Assembly: GCA_028023455.1 (NCBI GenBank)
Contig: JAQFVV010000003.1
Location: 22,010,001 to 22,074,000, forward strand
DNA length: 64,000 bases
Origin: Epiperipatus broadwayi
Taxonomy: Eukaryota; Animalia; Onychophora
Reading direction: 5' to 3'
Shown: positions 1-11,196 of the stretch, in pieces
How positions within the stretch are numbered: position 1 is the first letter of the stretch
How the letters are laid out: the number at the start of each line of letters is the position of its first letter
Position numbers and translations under genes: made by a program
The notes under the pieces: model-generated
What the model saw: the letters and a program-made list of their open reading frames with translations, nothing else
Told to the model about the DNA's origin: nothing
Databases searched by the model: none

Positions 1-469
1 AATAATAGATGGTTAATAAGCAAATGAAATATCTGGATTTAGCCGAGTTAATAATAAGTACCACTTAGTTTTATTTAGTCAGAGTTAGCTATGGTATGAT
101 CAAGTGTTTTATGATGTATCTCTATTGTGAATTTTTAATAGTTACTAGGTTCTCTCTAACCAAACATATATAAGATAAACTAGATTGACATGGGTATTTA
201 TAGTCTATCCACAAACATCAGTGTAAAAATGATTTCAGTGTCAGTTTCTTGATTGGTAGTTAAATTTATTGGTTGATTTTTATTTCAACTAACAAAAGGA
301 TTGGTCAGTAGCTTTTTTTCATTCATAATTTTTATATTCTGTGAAAGACTGATGATAAACTACTTAAGTTAATCACAACATCTAGCAATTTACAATACAA
401 TCACCAAAAAATACTTTTGTCTGCTTTTTATTGTAATATATTATCTATGTGGTAAATTAAAGAATTGTT

Positions 470-930
470 ACCATTTAATTCTGGTATTAGACATCTCATG
501 ATATCCCAAGTAATTAAATATTATTATATGTCTTAAGAAATCAATAAAGGCTTATGATCAACTTATCACTTTAGATCGCATCTTCCCAAATTATGCTTAT
601 TATTATAATGTATGCGTAAAATAAAGTTTTACAACATCCCTATCAAATTGATGCTAGACATCATATGATCACCCAAGTTTAATCAACTATTTTATTATTA
701 CTGTAGTATATGCCTATGTGTTAATTAAAGTGGTACTAGGCATCAATGATCTCTAAGAAACTATCATTTAATTGTTATTGAAATATATGAAATGTTTTGA
801 TTTTAGACAATTAACTTCAACCTATTTCTACAACTACTAAAAAAAAAAATATTAATATACTTTTCATTATAATTTAAGAAGCCTTTCAATAATTACCATC
901 AATCATTTTCACTAAACATCACATGATCAC
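470..930. repeat. Degenerate tandem repeat built around a TAGACATCA(C/T)ATGATCACC-like motif
   Basis: Related motifs at ~488, ~655, ~738 and ~911, with similar flanks (e.g. atgtg..taattaaag at ~447 and ~716); spacing is roughly multiples of 85 bp. Confidence 0.45.
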
Positions 931-1060
931 CATTTCTTATGTTTGCTCATAACTGTTATTAAAATAGGCAAAACTCTCCATACAGTAGTGCCTTCTGGCA
1001 TCCATTACTCTGGCTTACACTGAGTGGCACTACTGTATGGTGAGTTTTGCCTGTTTTAGT
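911..1060 (+). mobile_element. 150-bp PLE-derived mini-insertion (tail + 32-bp inverted repeat + pLTR 3' end)
   Basis: Arms 961-992 / 1026-1057 form a near-perfect inverted repeat. TSD atcaatcattttc (898-910) / atcattcattttc (1061-1073). Same family as 16287-16931 and 61491-61668. Confidence 0.7.
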
Positions 1061-1296
1061 ATCATTCATTTTCGGTATTAATTTTACACTTGCATTAGTA
1101 AACAATAATTTTCTATACTCCAATCTCATTTCGTTTAAGCTTGAGAAATTAATGGACATTGGTTGAAGTACTATATTCAAATTTCCAAACTAGTTTCTTA
1201 TTACTGGACAATTATTGATAGTAATCTTTCTTATATTACAACGAGAAACTTAGTTTTAGTAGTTGTCATATGATTGTTTGAATTTAAATGTTTACT

Positions 1297-2395
1297 GGAG
1301 AAAGATTAATTTATGTAATATTTATAAATATATATATATATTCATAATTCTCTTATATATATAAAAATTGTAAATCATATGTATCAGATGAAATATACAT
1401 GCTTATATACATTAATAGAGAAGTTTGTCAGTGCTGTAAAAATTATATGGCTGAGTGCTTTCCTGGCAAGATAACATTGGAAGATAATGGAGAGATGAGT
1501 ATATATGTATATACAGTTGATGGAATTTAAATTACCATGTTAATTATTTATAATAGAGTGTCCATTTCTTGGAGAGGAGGAAAAGATGAATCTTTGTGAT
1601 TGAGAGCATTATTGTTGTCAGATATATAGCATGCCTCTTTGATTTTCCTATTCAAGTAAACTCCCTCAGTGTATTGAATGATTGCAGAAAAAGAAATAAA
1701 CTGGTATCCTATTACCTCTTGGTGTGTTTTGGTTTGTTTGAGGCTCTTTTATATAGATATTGATGCTGTGAAAGATGTGTAGATAAGGATGCTTGAGTTT
1801 CACAATAATAGATTGATTGGCATCAGGTTTGGGGGGCATTTAATTTCATAAACAGTAATAGGAATGAGTTTAGGTTCAATACATGGAGAGAAATAACTTG
1901 AAGAGGAAAATCAGAGGCATGCTATATATCCAACAATAATGCTATCAATCACAAAGATTTGTCCTTCCCTCTCTCCAAGAAATGGACACACTAACTAAAT
2001 AATTAACATTGTAATTTAATTATAAAAGTATAAGCTTTAACTCAGACTAAAATGTAATCATGAATATATAAAGATTGTATAGAGAAAAGCTTTCATAAAC
2101 GTCTACGACTTATAATATTCAAAAGTCAGTTAAGCACATACTGTTAAAAAAAAAAAACATACTTTATGAAAGCTTTTTGCTATACGGTCTTTGTATATTC
2201 ATGATTATATTTACATACACATTCATCTCTCCATTATTTTCCAACTTGCTATGAATATGAGAACATAAGTTTGTGAAAACCCTCAGCCATATAATTTTTA
2301 TAGAACTAATAAATTTCTCTATTAAGGCATGTAAGTGCACATATTATATATGAATATGTAAACTTGGTTTATATTAGGAAGAAATTAATTCTCTG
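1297..2395 (-). mobile_element. 5'-truncated Penelope-like element with inverted pLTR; GIY-YIG remnant in the spacer
   Basis: Inverted arms ~1300-1650 vs ~1900-2395. The minus strand of 1700-1880 reads TVYEIKC...Y(I)GETQASLSTHLSQH with frameshifts, matching the PLE GIY-YIG motif VY.I.C..C..YIGET.R.L..R..EH. Confidence 0.6.
2030..2210. repeat. Small fold-back insertion nested in the right arm of the 1297-2395 element
   Basis: aatcatgaatatataaagattgtatagagaaaagcttttcataaa (~2057-2100) is inverted at ~2163-2207; the segment is absent from the left arm. Confidence 0.6.
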
Positions 2396-3149
2396 AAATA
2401 AAATCAACATGCTTTTATTAGATAAAGAAAAGATAGTGGAAAGTTATAAGAAATAAAATAATTATGATGCAACCCCCTAAAAAAAACAATTTTTTTTTAT
2501 ATTATATTTTTTAGCAGTGATCCACATTCTATCCCTTTATCAAACTATCTTGGCCATTTGTACAGCTGATTTCAACTTCATCATCAGATCCAGTTATGAA
2601 ATGATTGATCTGACAAATATTTTTTACGAATATGCTATTGCTGCTTGTAGTAGTAACACTCCTTAAGACATCACCATTTTAACTGCTGATACCAATCACT
2701 GAACATTTATATATATTTACTATAAACAAGATGGACTGTTCCGCCATCTATGTTTTACATATATAAAACTTATATCTATATCAATTTGTAACTTTGTTAT
2801 CAATAATTTCTCCTTACATATTACTTTATAGTGAATCTTTGACAATAATCTTTGTTAAAGGCTAAATAAAAGAATGAATAGCATTGACTGATGACAGTCA
2901 ATTATTCTATTATCACTTTCTGCTAGATATTCAACTCAATTCAATTTTATTTAAAGTGCAAAACAACAACCAATGGTTAATTACAAAATGCACACTAAAA
3001 TAATAACTGTAGAAAAATCTAATAACATATAATGAAAGAAAGAAAAAAAATTTAAAGATAAATTCATGGCAAATGGTTTGGGATAATAAGATCATAAATT
3101 GTATTTTAGTTTTACGGCTTTATGGAATTGTTTGATACCAAGATGAAAT

Positions 3150-4450
3150 ATATTATTATTCATAAAATCCTTATTGTAAGAGCATCTAAATGGCAAGGAA
3201 TTAGATTTAGAGGTTTATGTGATCTAGTATAATAATAAGAGGGATTGGAGAATATTTTTGAAAGTAAATCTGAGGTAATTGTAAATTTGTAGATGATCTT
3301 GTATAAAAATGTAATCTGATTTTTCTTCTTTCATTAATGAAATGTTATAACTGTAGGAAAATGATTATACTTAAAATATTTGTCAAATACCATTTTTTTT
3401 TTTTTTATAATATATCTTTTGGCGTAAGGGTTCCAGATAACAGCCAAATTCTAAGATTGGAAAAGTCAATGAGAGGAAAAGTTTATATTTGTTGGCTGAT
3501 TAAATATTTTACCTTGTCTATGTTCGATCTTTACTATATTACTAACATGAAGGTGGAGGGAGGTATTACTAGAAAAAGTAATTCCAAGAATCTTTCTGAC
3601 CTATTTTTAGAAATAATTTTAAAGACATGAATGGAATAAGGAAATTGTAAAATTTCAGATTTTTTACAGTAGGGAATAATAGAGCATGTCTTTATTAATC
3701 AAATTTTTATTAATACACCATACCTTTTGCAGTAAAAGCAATCAGAAAAAGAATTCATTCGCCTGAAAATTTTAGTCATCAGCATAACAAAGAAGGTGAG
3801 AATATTTTAATCTATCCCTGAGATCATTAATATATATATTAAATAAAAATGGCTACCTTGGGATACTTCAATTGAGCAAGAGAAGAATGAAGATACATTA
3901 TTATTATATTTAACAAAAACAGTTCTATAATATATGAATGATTCAAACTATTTGATTAAAGATTTTGAAAGCTCTAAATTATATAATTTGCCTAAGAGAA
4001 TATTATGATCAATTTTGTCAAAAGCCTTAGACATATCAAAATAAATGACATCAAGCCTGCTCAATCTTCAATAGCCTGAGCAATATGTTTAGAGATGATT
4101 ATGAGATTGGTTCCAGTTGATTTACTAGGTAAGAAATCAGGTTGATTGGGGAATAGAAGTTTATTAATATTTATAACTTCATCATAAATACATCACTTGA
4201 AAGATTTTTGCAACAGTTTATAAGACAGAAATAGGCCTATAATTATTAGCTAAGTTTTTAGACCCGTTTTTATAAATAGAAAAAAAACCTTTACCATTTT
4301 TAAAATTGAGGAAGCTCCCATTTCTTATAGAACAATTAAATATATGACAGAAAGGAGATGCAATAAATTTATCATAGTGAAATTTGATAAGGGATATTAA
4401 ATATAATTTATATTTCACTTCTACATAGTTGATCATTTTTGATGAAAATA
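3150..4450 (-). mobile_element. Decayed CR1/L2-type LINE reverse transcriptase fragment
   Basis: ORF 4218..4436 reads ...PFCHIFNCSIRNG...IYKNGSKNLANNYRPISVL (typical pre-RT CR1 motif). Degenerate Q.GF...ST.TNL and KAFD-like segments follow at 4000-4150. Confidence 0.75.
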
Positions 4451-5639
4451 TTTCTCATCATAAGTTTGAGGGTAGAACTCTGCTATAGACCAAAGGGATA
4501 GTTTTTTTTTTTTTTTTGGGGGGGGGGGGGGGGCCCCACAAAGATTTGTTTTCTTCTTATAATTCCTTTTATTAAACTTTGTTGATTATTTTCAGTTTTA
4601 TTATAATATTGAATGAAAATAAAACCTTATGCTGAGAAAGTCATCTGTTAAGTATAAGATATATTTATAGATCTCATCTTGCTAGTAAATGTCTTTAACT
4701 TTTCTTCACTTACAATTTGGTAACATACTGTGATTACTTTTTTCCTCCTCAATAATTTTTTAATTCAGGATAAATTATTGAATCCATTTTATAATCTATC
4801 ATTTTCTTTTCCTTTCATGTATTATTAACATTGTTTTTCTTTCAAGTCCATTTATAAAATCTTTTTTAATTTCCGATTTTGCCTAGTAGACTTTTTATTT
4901 TTTTTTTCTTCTACTAAGAGGTTTTTGATATGAAAGCTAACTCTCAATAATTATCACTGAATTCTCCAAGTAATGAATTTTTTTTAATTCATAAATATTA
5001 CTTATTTTTTTGTATTCTTTAATTTTATTTCTACATTATTAAATAATTTCTGTGAAATAGAATCTAAATTAGCTTTCTGATTGCATATTGAATTTAACGT
5101 AAAGGTGCCTTTCTATTTCATTATTTTGTTTGCTTTTGGCTTAATTTTGATTTTAGATTTTTTTTTAATAATTTTGCTTATCTTATGGTTCATTTTCACT
5201 ATTTTAATTTTATTTTATGCTGCCGGTACATAATAGTACAAGCCTCTCCTAAGCACATTGGGAACGTGAACTTTAAGCTAACAATTCCATTAGACAGATA
5301 TATTACATGGAGTGCACTATGATGTTTCATTTAATCTAAGAACTTTATTCTTAAATTTATTCACTTTATCTTGAGTTATAAGAATGAAATAATATATTTG
5401 AGAACAATTATGTACTTTACATAGTTTATTTATGCATTTTTAAATCTATTATATGAAATCAATAAAGTAATTACATTTTTCAAATAAATGATAGATGTCA
5501 AGAATGAATTTAAGTCCCACTTTAGAGGAAATATAAAGATCTAAATTGAAAAGAGCTGCAGGTTACCTTGAAAAATATGTTTATAAAAAAAATTGTATCT
5601 TATTGTAAGAAACTTTTTGACTTGTTTGAACCAAGGTAA

Positions 5640-6010
5640 ATATTGATGAGTTGAATTTAATAAGTTGGCACACAGGTGTGAGTGACTGGAAAAGTTATAT
5701 TAAATAAGATATACATACTGGTTTCAGGGAGGCATACATATGTACTTACATATAATCATCAAGAAGATTGGGTTATATTAAATCTAAACCACTGATGCCA
5801 AGTAATGGTAGGTGAAGTTTGCCAAGAATTTTACTAAGAAGTGCACGTATATTCCCATGGGTATTTCTCACAATTTTAATTTGCCAAGAATTTTATGCAA
5901 GGGGTTACATAAAAAAATCAGTGAGATAGCATTTTAGTTTTCTTACTAGTGAAAATAGTTCTGATGAAAACTGTTGGACTATCAAACCTGTCAGCTATTT
6001 GGATATTTAA
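5640..6010 (+). mobile_element. PLE 3' remnant with decayed hammerhead (5956-5997)
   Basis: TAGTT-CTGATGA-...-CAAA(for GAAA)-CCTGTC-AGCTA: stem I and the GUC site are intact, G12 is mutated. Confidence 0.45.
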
Positions 6011-6025
6011 ATTAAATAAAATATA

Positions 6026-6385
6026 ATATATATGGTATATGAACACAGACTTTCACACAACCCACCACTCTCCACACTATCTCATAACATTGATACACTT
6101 GAACACATATATGTTGAAAAGATAATCAATCACCAATATACAGATTTCATGCTAAACCAGCAATCACACAGCGTGTGGAGATGGTAATCTGGACCAACTG
6201 ATGATTGCTGGTTTAGCATGAAATATGTATATTGGTGATTATTTATCTTTTCAATATATATGTGTTCAAGTGTATCAGTGTTATGAGATAGTGTGGAGAG
6301 TGGTGGGTTGTGTGAAAGTCTGTGCTCATATACCCTATATATTACATATATAGACACAGGTATATAATAAGCCTGTGTGTTTCAG
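6026..6385 (+). mobile_element. PLE fold-back insertion (inverted pLTR + pLTR + ~40-nt tail)
   Basis: Arms ~6026-6165 / ~6205-6343; perfect 14-bp TSD ttaaataaaatata (6012-6025, 6386-6399); hammerhead in the right arm. Confidence 0.8.
6193..6236 (+). ncRNA. Minimal type-I hammerhead ribozyme
   Basis: ACCAA-CTGATGA-TTGCT-GGTTT-AGCAT-GAAA-TATGTATA-TTGGT: intact core, stem I 5 bp, stem II 4 bp, short near-palindromic stem III; predicted cleavage after A6231. Confidence 0.75.
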
Positions 6386-6940
6386 TTAAATAAAATATAG
6401 TAATGCATTGTGTCACATGTCTAGATGAATGTTACTATATTTATTTTTTATATTTATATTTTAATACTACATTTTTATTAGATTAACTTGATTTTATAAT
6501 AATTTTAAAACGAATGTCTCCAGGCACGTTTGCATTTTCTTACATGATGACTAATTTTATTTTTGTAAGTTGATTCAAGAAATGGATCAGCTTAATCATT
6601 ATCAAATATTATTGTAACACTCATAATATAGTACTCTCTTTTCTCTTAATATTGCATTATATTCAATATTAAGTTAATTATCATCCTTTTATACTTAATT
6701 TTTGCAATATTCAGACTGTAAATATTTCAAACAGGTGAAAAAGATGTATCTGAAGATTAAACGATTAAAATTTTTAAAATTTCAACATTGCAAAATTAAA
6801 TATAAAAAGGTCATTTATTTAATGCAAAGAATGGAGTTACTTTTCTAAATCTTTTTTTTTTTTATGTTTATTCTTTATTTTACATTTTACCATTCGATTT
6901 ATATGCTTTTCATTCACAAATTCTTCTTTTTCTATTTTAG

Positions 6941-7088
6941 TGAAAATTTGAAGTTTGCAATTGATGTATCAAGTGTTTCTGCCCCCAGACCTTCTATTGA
7001 TGCCATATATGAAGCTACTAGTATTGATTACCAGAATGACAGTTTAAATGCTCCATTAGTTTGTTCTCTCAAACCAAGAGTTGTTTAA
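6941..7088 (+). CDS. Probable terminal coding exon of an unidentified host gene (ENLKFAIDVSSVSAPRPSIDAIYEATSIDYQNDSLNAPLVCSLKPRVV*)
   Basis: Long polypyrimidine tract + AG acceptor at 6939-6940; open, compositionally protein-like frame to TAA. A phase-compatible upstream exon candidate is 6570-6613 (LIQEMDQLNHYQIL). Confidence 0.5.
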
Positions 7089-8632
7089 TATCTCTTTATT
7101 ATGATCAAAATCTTCAGTCAGCCATTAGTCCTATGAGCTTCCCCCTAAGACTGCATTTTAAGCAGTCTTATCTCTACTAGGCAGAGATAAGTTGTATTCT
7201 TGTATTGTATTTTGTAATCCATTTCTCGTTTATTTATTTATTTTTAATATGAGTGTGATGAAGTTTGTAACCACCTTATAAATACATCTCTTTCTTCCAT
7301 ATTGCATGAATTTCGTTTGCTCAATTTTTTTTTTTTTTTTTGACTCTACCAAAAGAAAAGCTTGGCAAATGGTGCGTGAACTTGTCGTGATAGGCCCAAT
7401 GTTATTTGCCATTTATTTTTAATGTGTTATTGAAATGACCATATATTTTGTTTAATAACAGTTTTCCCGTCCCCCCATACACAGTTATGCGTTATAATTA
7501 AAATAGTTTACGCACAATTTTATTGTCTGTGCTTAATTTAAATTAAAACCTAGTTAAAATAAGTTAAAAATTAATATTTTTATCATTTTCTTAACAAAAA
7601 TAATAAAATTATTATAAAGTTTAGATTTTCAGATTTCTGAAAATACAAAAAGATCAAAGGCAACTTAACTTTTACTTCCATATTTCTAAGCGTAAACTTT
7701 CTTCCCTTTTATATGAAAATGTTTTACTGTCGTAAACTTTACTTTTTAATATTTATTTTTGGCAAATGTGGGTGTTTTTTTAAAATAAACAATAAGCAAA
7801 TACTTACGCAGTACATATTTAAATTGTTTTCGCTTTTTGAATTACGCATGTTAAACATTAATGTCTTCCTTTGACAATGCCCTCTATTGGACATAAATTG
7901 TAGTATAAAAATTTTCGTGTGTGACTTAAATATGTCCAATTCTATTTAAATAAATTATATTTAATGTTAATTTCTTTTTGTTATGTATATATACAGTTTA
8001 CTTTTTCTTTTACTAAGATTTGCTTTTTCTTTAAAAAAAAAAAAAATCGAATTATTTTTATTTGCCTGTATAATTTTAGAGATAATGTTATTTTGGTTAT
8101 CAAAATTTTAAAAAAGAAAAATTAATGGGGAATTGTTTTTAAATGGATTTCTCTTCTCTTCTCTTAGTATCTTAGTTAAAATCTAGTTTATTAGAAATGT
8201 CTTTATGTAAATTTAACTTCTAAATCTGTGGCAACGGAAATGTTTTAAGCTCCAATATTTTAGGTGTTTAATCATATTCTATTTTACAATAATGAATTTT
8301 TATTGTGATTAACATTCCAAAGTTTCCAATGGTATAAATAGAGAGAACAATTTATTTAATTATGTATTTTGTTTTTAAATAATTTAGTTTATTGATATTT
8401 TAAAATGATGGAGCAAATTGTACAAAATAAATTAATTTTTAAACTAATTTGTTGTTTTCATTTGCATATTGAATGTTATATTACACTAAAATATATTTGG
8501 GTTCTAAAAGATAATTTTTAATTTGACGCACAGTATTGACATCAATCTTCATTTTCAGAAATTATAATGAATGAAATCTGTAAATACTAATGCAGTCAGA
8601 CTGATTTCTGGATTATTTGAATTTCAAAAGTT

Positions 8633-8743
8633 ATGGGATTATTATCCAAAAATCATTCATATAAGTTTGGTACCTCTGATGGCGATTGTTCTAAAATGTT
8701 TGCATTGACTATTGCCATAATTTGTATATCTTGTATCAACAAG
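8633..8743 (+). CDS. Candidate first coding exon (MGLLSKNHSYKFGTSDGDCSKMFALTIAIICISCINK), hydrophobic segment
   Basis: Acceptor ttttcag at 8558, ATG at 8633, donor AAG|GTAAAT at 8743/8744; lies downstream of a CpG-bearing promoter-like stretch at ~7350-7950. Confidence 0.3.
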
Positions 8744-10033
8744 GTAAATTTGACAAAAAAGTTTCAAACAATCTGGCTAAAAATTTATCTTAGGAATTAA
8801 CCATTCAATAGTGGTCAGTGAATGAGTATCTCACTTTATTATCTAGAAAATGTCTTAGAATGGTCATGATGTAATCTTCAATAATAGTAGCAGAGATGCC
8901 ATATTCCCACAGATGCTTAACTCATTGTTATACATTATATAAAGATCTTACAGTTGAAGCCTCAAGCCAAAACCCATTATATCTTAATAAAACATAATGT
9001 TAATTTAAAATTAATTTTTTGCTTTAATAGTTTCATACAATATTTAAACATGAAAATTTATAGTTTGAGTTCAAACATTTTATAGATTAATTAGTAATTA
9101 AGTTTTTAGAAAAAAATAAATACAAACTGGAATATTAAACAATGTCTATTAATTGGTTTTTGATCTTCAGTTTTGTGCTGAATATTTTTGTTTAACTGTT
9201 GAATTATTAAATAAGAAATTTATTAAAAATTTTAAGTAATTGTTTTATTATTTTAAAATAGGATTATTTCTTTATGATTTGTTTCTAATATAAACAAGTT
9301 TTTTTTCCCTCTCATTTTTTTAGTATTTCAATCATTTAGGCCAAAATCAGTCATTATAAACCTTTCATTCAATAGTCATCTGTCTCAAATCCAATAAGAA
9401 TGGGATTGTGAGCCTATGCAAACACATCTCCAGCCTTTAAATTCACACATAGCAATTCTGACTATAAAATATTTTTTTGTTTATTTTATTTTGATCACCA
9501 GGGCCATATTTACAAGTGGCTGTTATTGATGATAGAAAACTATGTAATGCAAAAACAAACTTCTATATCATATTTTCAGATTTGCATGCCCAATGTAAGA
9601 ATTAAGAATAATTTAAAGTGTTTTCTATAAGATCTAAAATAAAATCAATTTATAATAATAAAATGGTTTATTGTTTAATAATTCATAGGAAATTTAAGCA
9701 TCAAAAATGAGAGCTGAGCTGTCATCCATAGATCTTCACTCCAGAGTCTACCTATCTACCACTGCACCAAACTAATGAATGCATTTTGAATTACTTATAA
9801 CAAGTATAATTAGTATTTTTGATCTACATTCAGTGTTGTTGTTTTTTTTCATTTTTTTAGAGTTAAAAATGTGAACTGTATTTATGGAAATACTGAAGTC
9901 ACAAGTTTATTAAAGTATATACATTGTAGTATATAAAAAGAAATGATATTGGTTAATAAGGGGAGGGGGGTATTTACTGTCACATGACCATTCATATGCT
10001 TCTAATAACAGTAATCTTCACCATATTGTAGAT

Positions 10034-11196
10034 CAGTGGTGCACAATCTTTTATACTCGTGACCCTGTTACTCAGACTAAAATTTTATGCAACCCATTAT
10101 ATGTTGTTACCATCCTATTATAAGCATATAAGAATAGTAATATAAGTGGTTTTACTACATCCAAATATGAGTAAATAAGAAAATATTTTATCTAGCGCCG
10201 TGCTTGCAATTATATTTCATTCCAATATCAGCCTTTCAAGCTAAGTGAGCACGCATGTTTGAGAGTGTTAAATAAATGAATACTCTCCTCTTCAATCCAA
10301 GATATAGTATTTATGTAGGAATAAAAAGAATCCTCTTATTCCTACGACTCAAATTCTTTTATATGAGCAAATCTGAAGAACTGTTGAAGAGAGCGTGAGT
10401 AGATTCTCACTTTAAATTACTAAAATATTTGCTTATTTACTCATAATTAAGTTTCAGTAAGAATGACATTTAGTAAATTCTAAGTAATTACACCGACGTC
10501 ATTCAGTCAAAAAACATCGTAAATAGTAATTTAAAGTGAGAATCTACTCACGCTCTCTTCAACAGTTCTTCAGATTTGCTCATATAAAAGAATTTGAGTC
10601 GTAGGAATAAGAGGATTCTTTTTATTCCTACATAAATACTATATCTTGGATTGAAGAGGAGAGTATTCATTTATTTAACACTCTCAAAGGCGCGTGCTCA
10701 ATTAGCTTGAAAGGCTATATTGGAATGAAATACATCCAAATATATAACTTTATATTATATTTCAGTACTTATAATTTGATATAAGATCTTTGAAAAAAAT
10801 GTATATTAACAAAAAATATTTAATAATACTTGATTCTTAGTACAACTTTTTTTAGTCTGTTTTAGAAAATATGTACATTCAAGAATGTAGTGTCAAGTAT
10901 CAACTTTAGGAGGATACTAGCATGAAGAATAAAACTCTGAGAGTGAAGAAGAGAAATGAGAGCAATATAAGTGAAATGCCATTATGATGTGGTGTTTATT
11001 TAAAGCGGATTGGAATATAAGTGTTTGAACACAAAAGTCATCAAACACACAATGAGTTGAGCAGTTTTTATGTATTTTTAATAGTGTTTAGGTTTTCATT
11101 TTTTCACTTAAAAAATTTATTATCCAATATGAAAACTTCTTAAAATATTCATGATCCCCAACAAATTTTTTGCGCACCACAGGTTGCATATCGCTG
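10034..11196. mobile_element. Old non-autonomous hAT (Charlie/Buster-like) MITE
   Basis: Diverged TIRs cagtggtgcacaatc / ggttgcatatcgctg; 8-bp TSD ttgtagat / ctttagat of NTNTAGAN type. Confidence 0.55.
10169..10730. mobile_element. Young fold-back insertion (~210-bp arms, ~100-bp loop, ~44-nt tail) inside the hAT MITE
   Basis: Arms 10213-10422 / 10524-10732 are nearly identical; perfect 13-bp TSD tacatccaaatat (10156-10168, 10731-10743). Confidence 0.85.

Noticed and set aside
7230-7412. Minus-strand ORF MANNIGPITTSS... as a gene start
   Set aside because: No recognisable homology, runs into a poly-K from a T-run, and no phase-compatible downstream exon found
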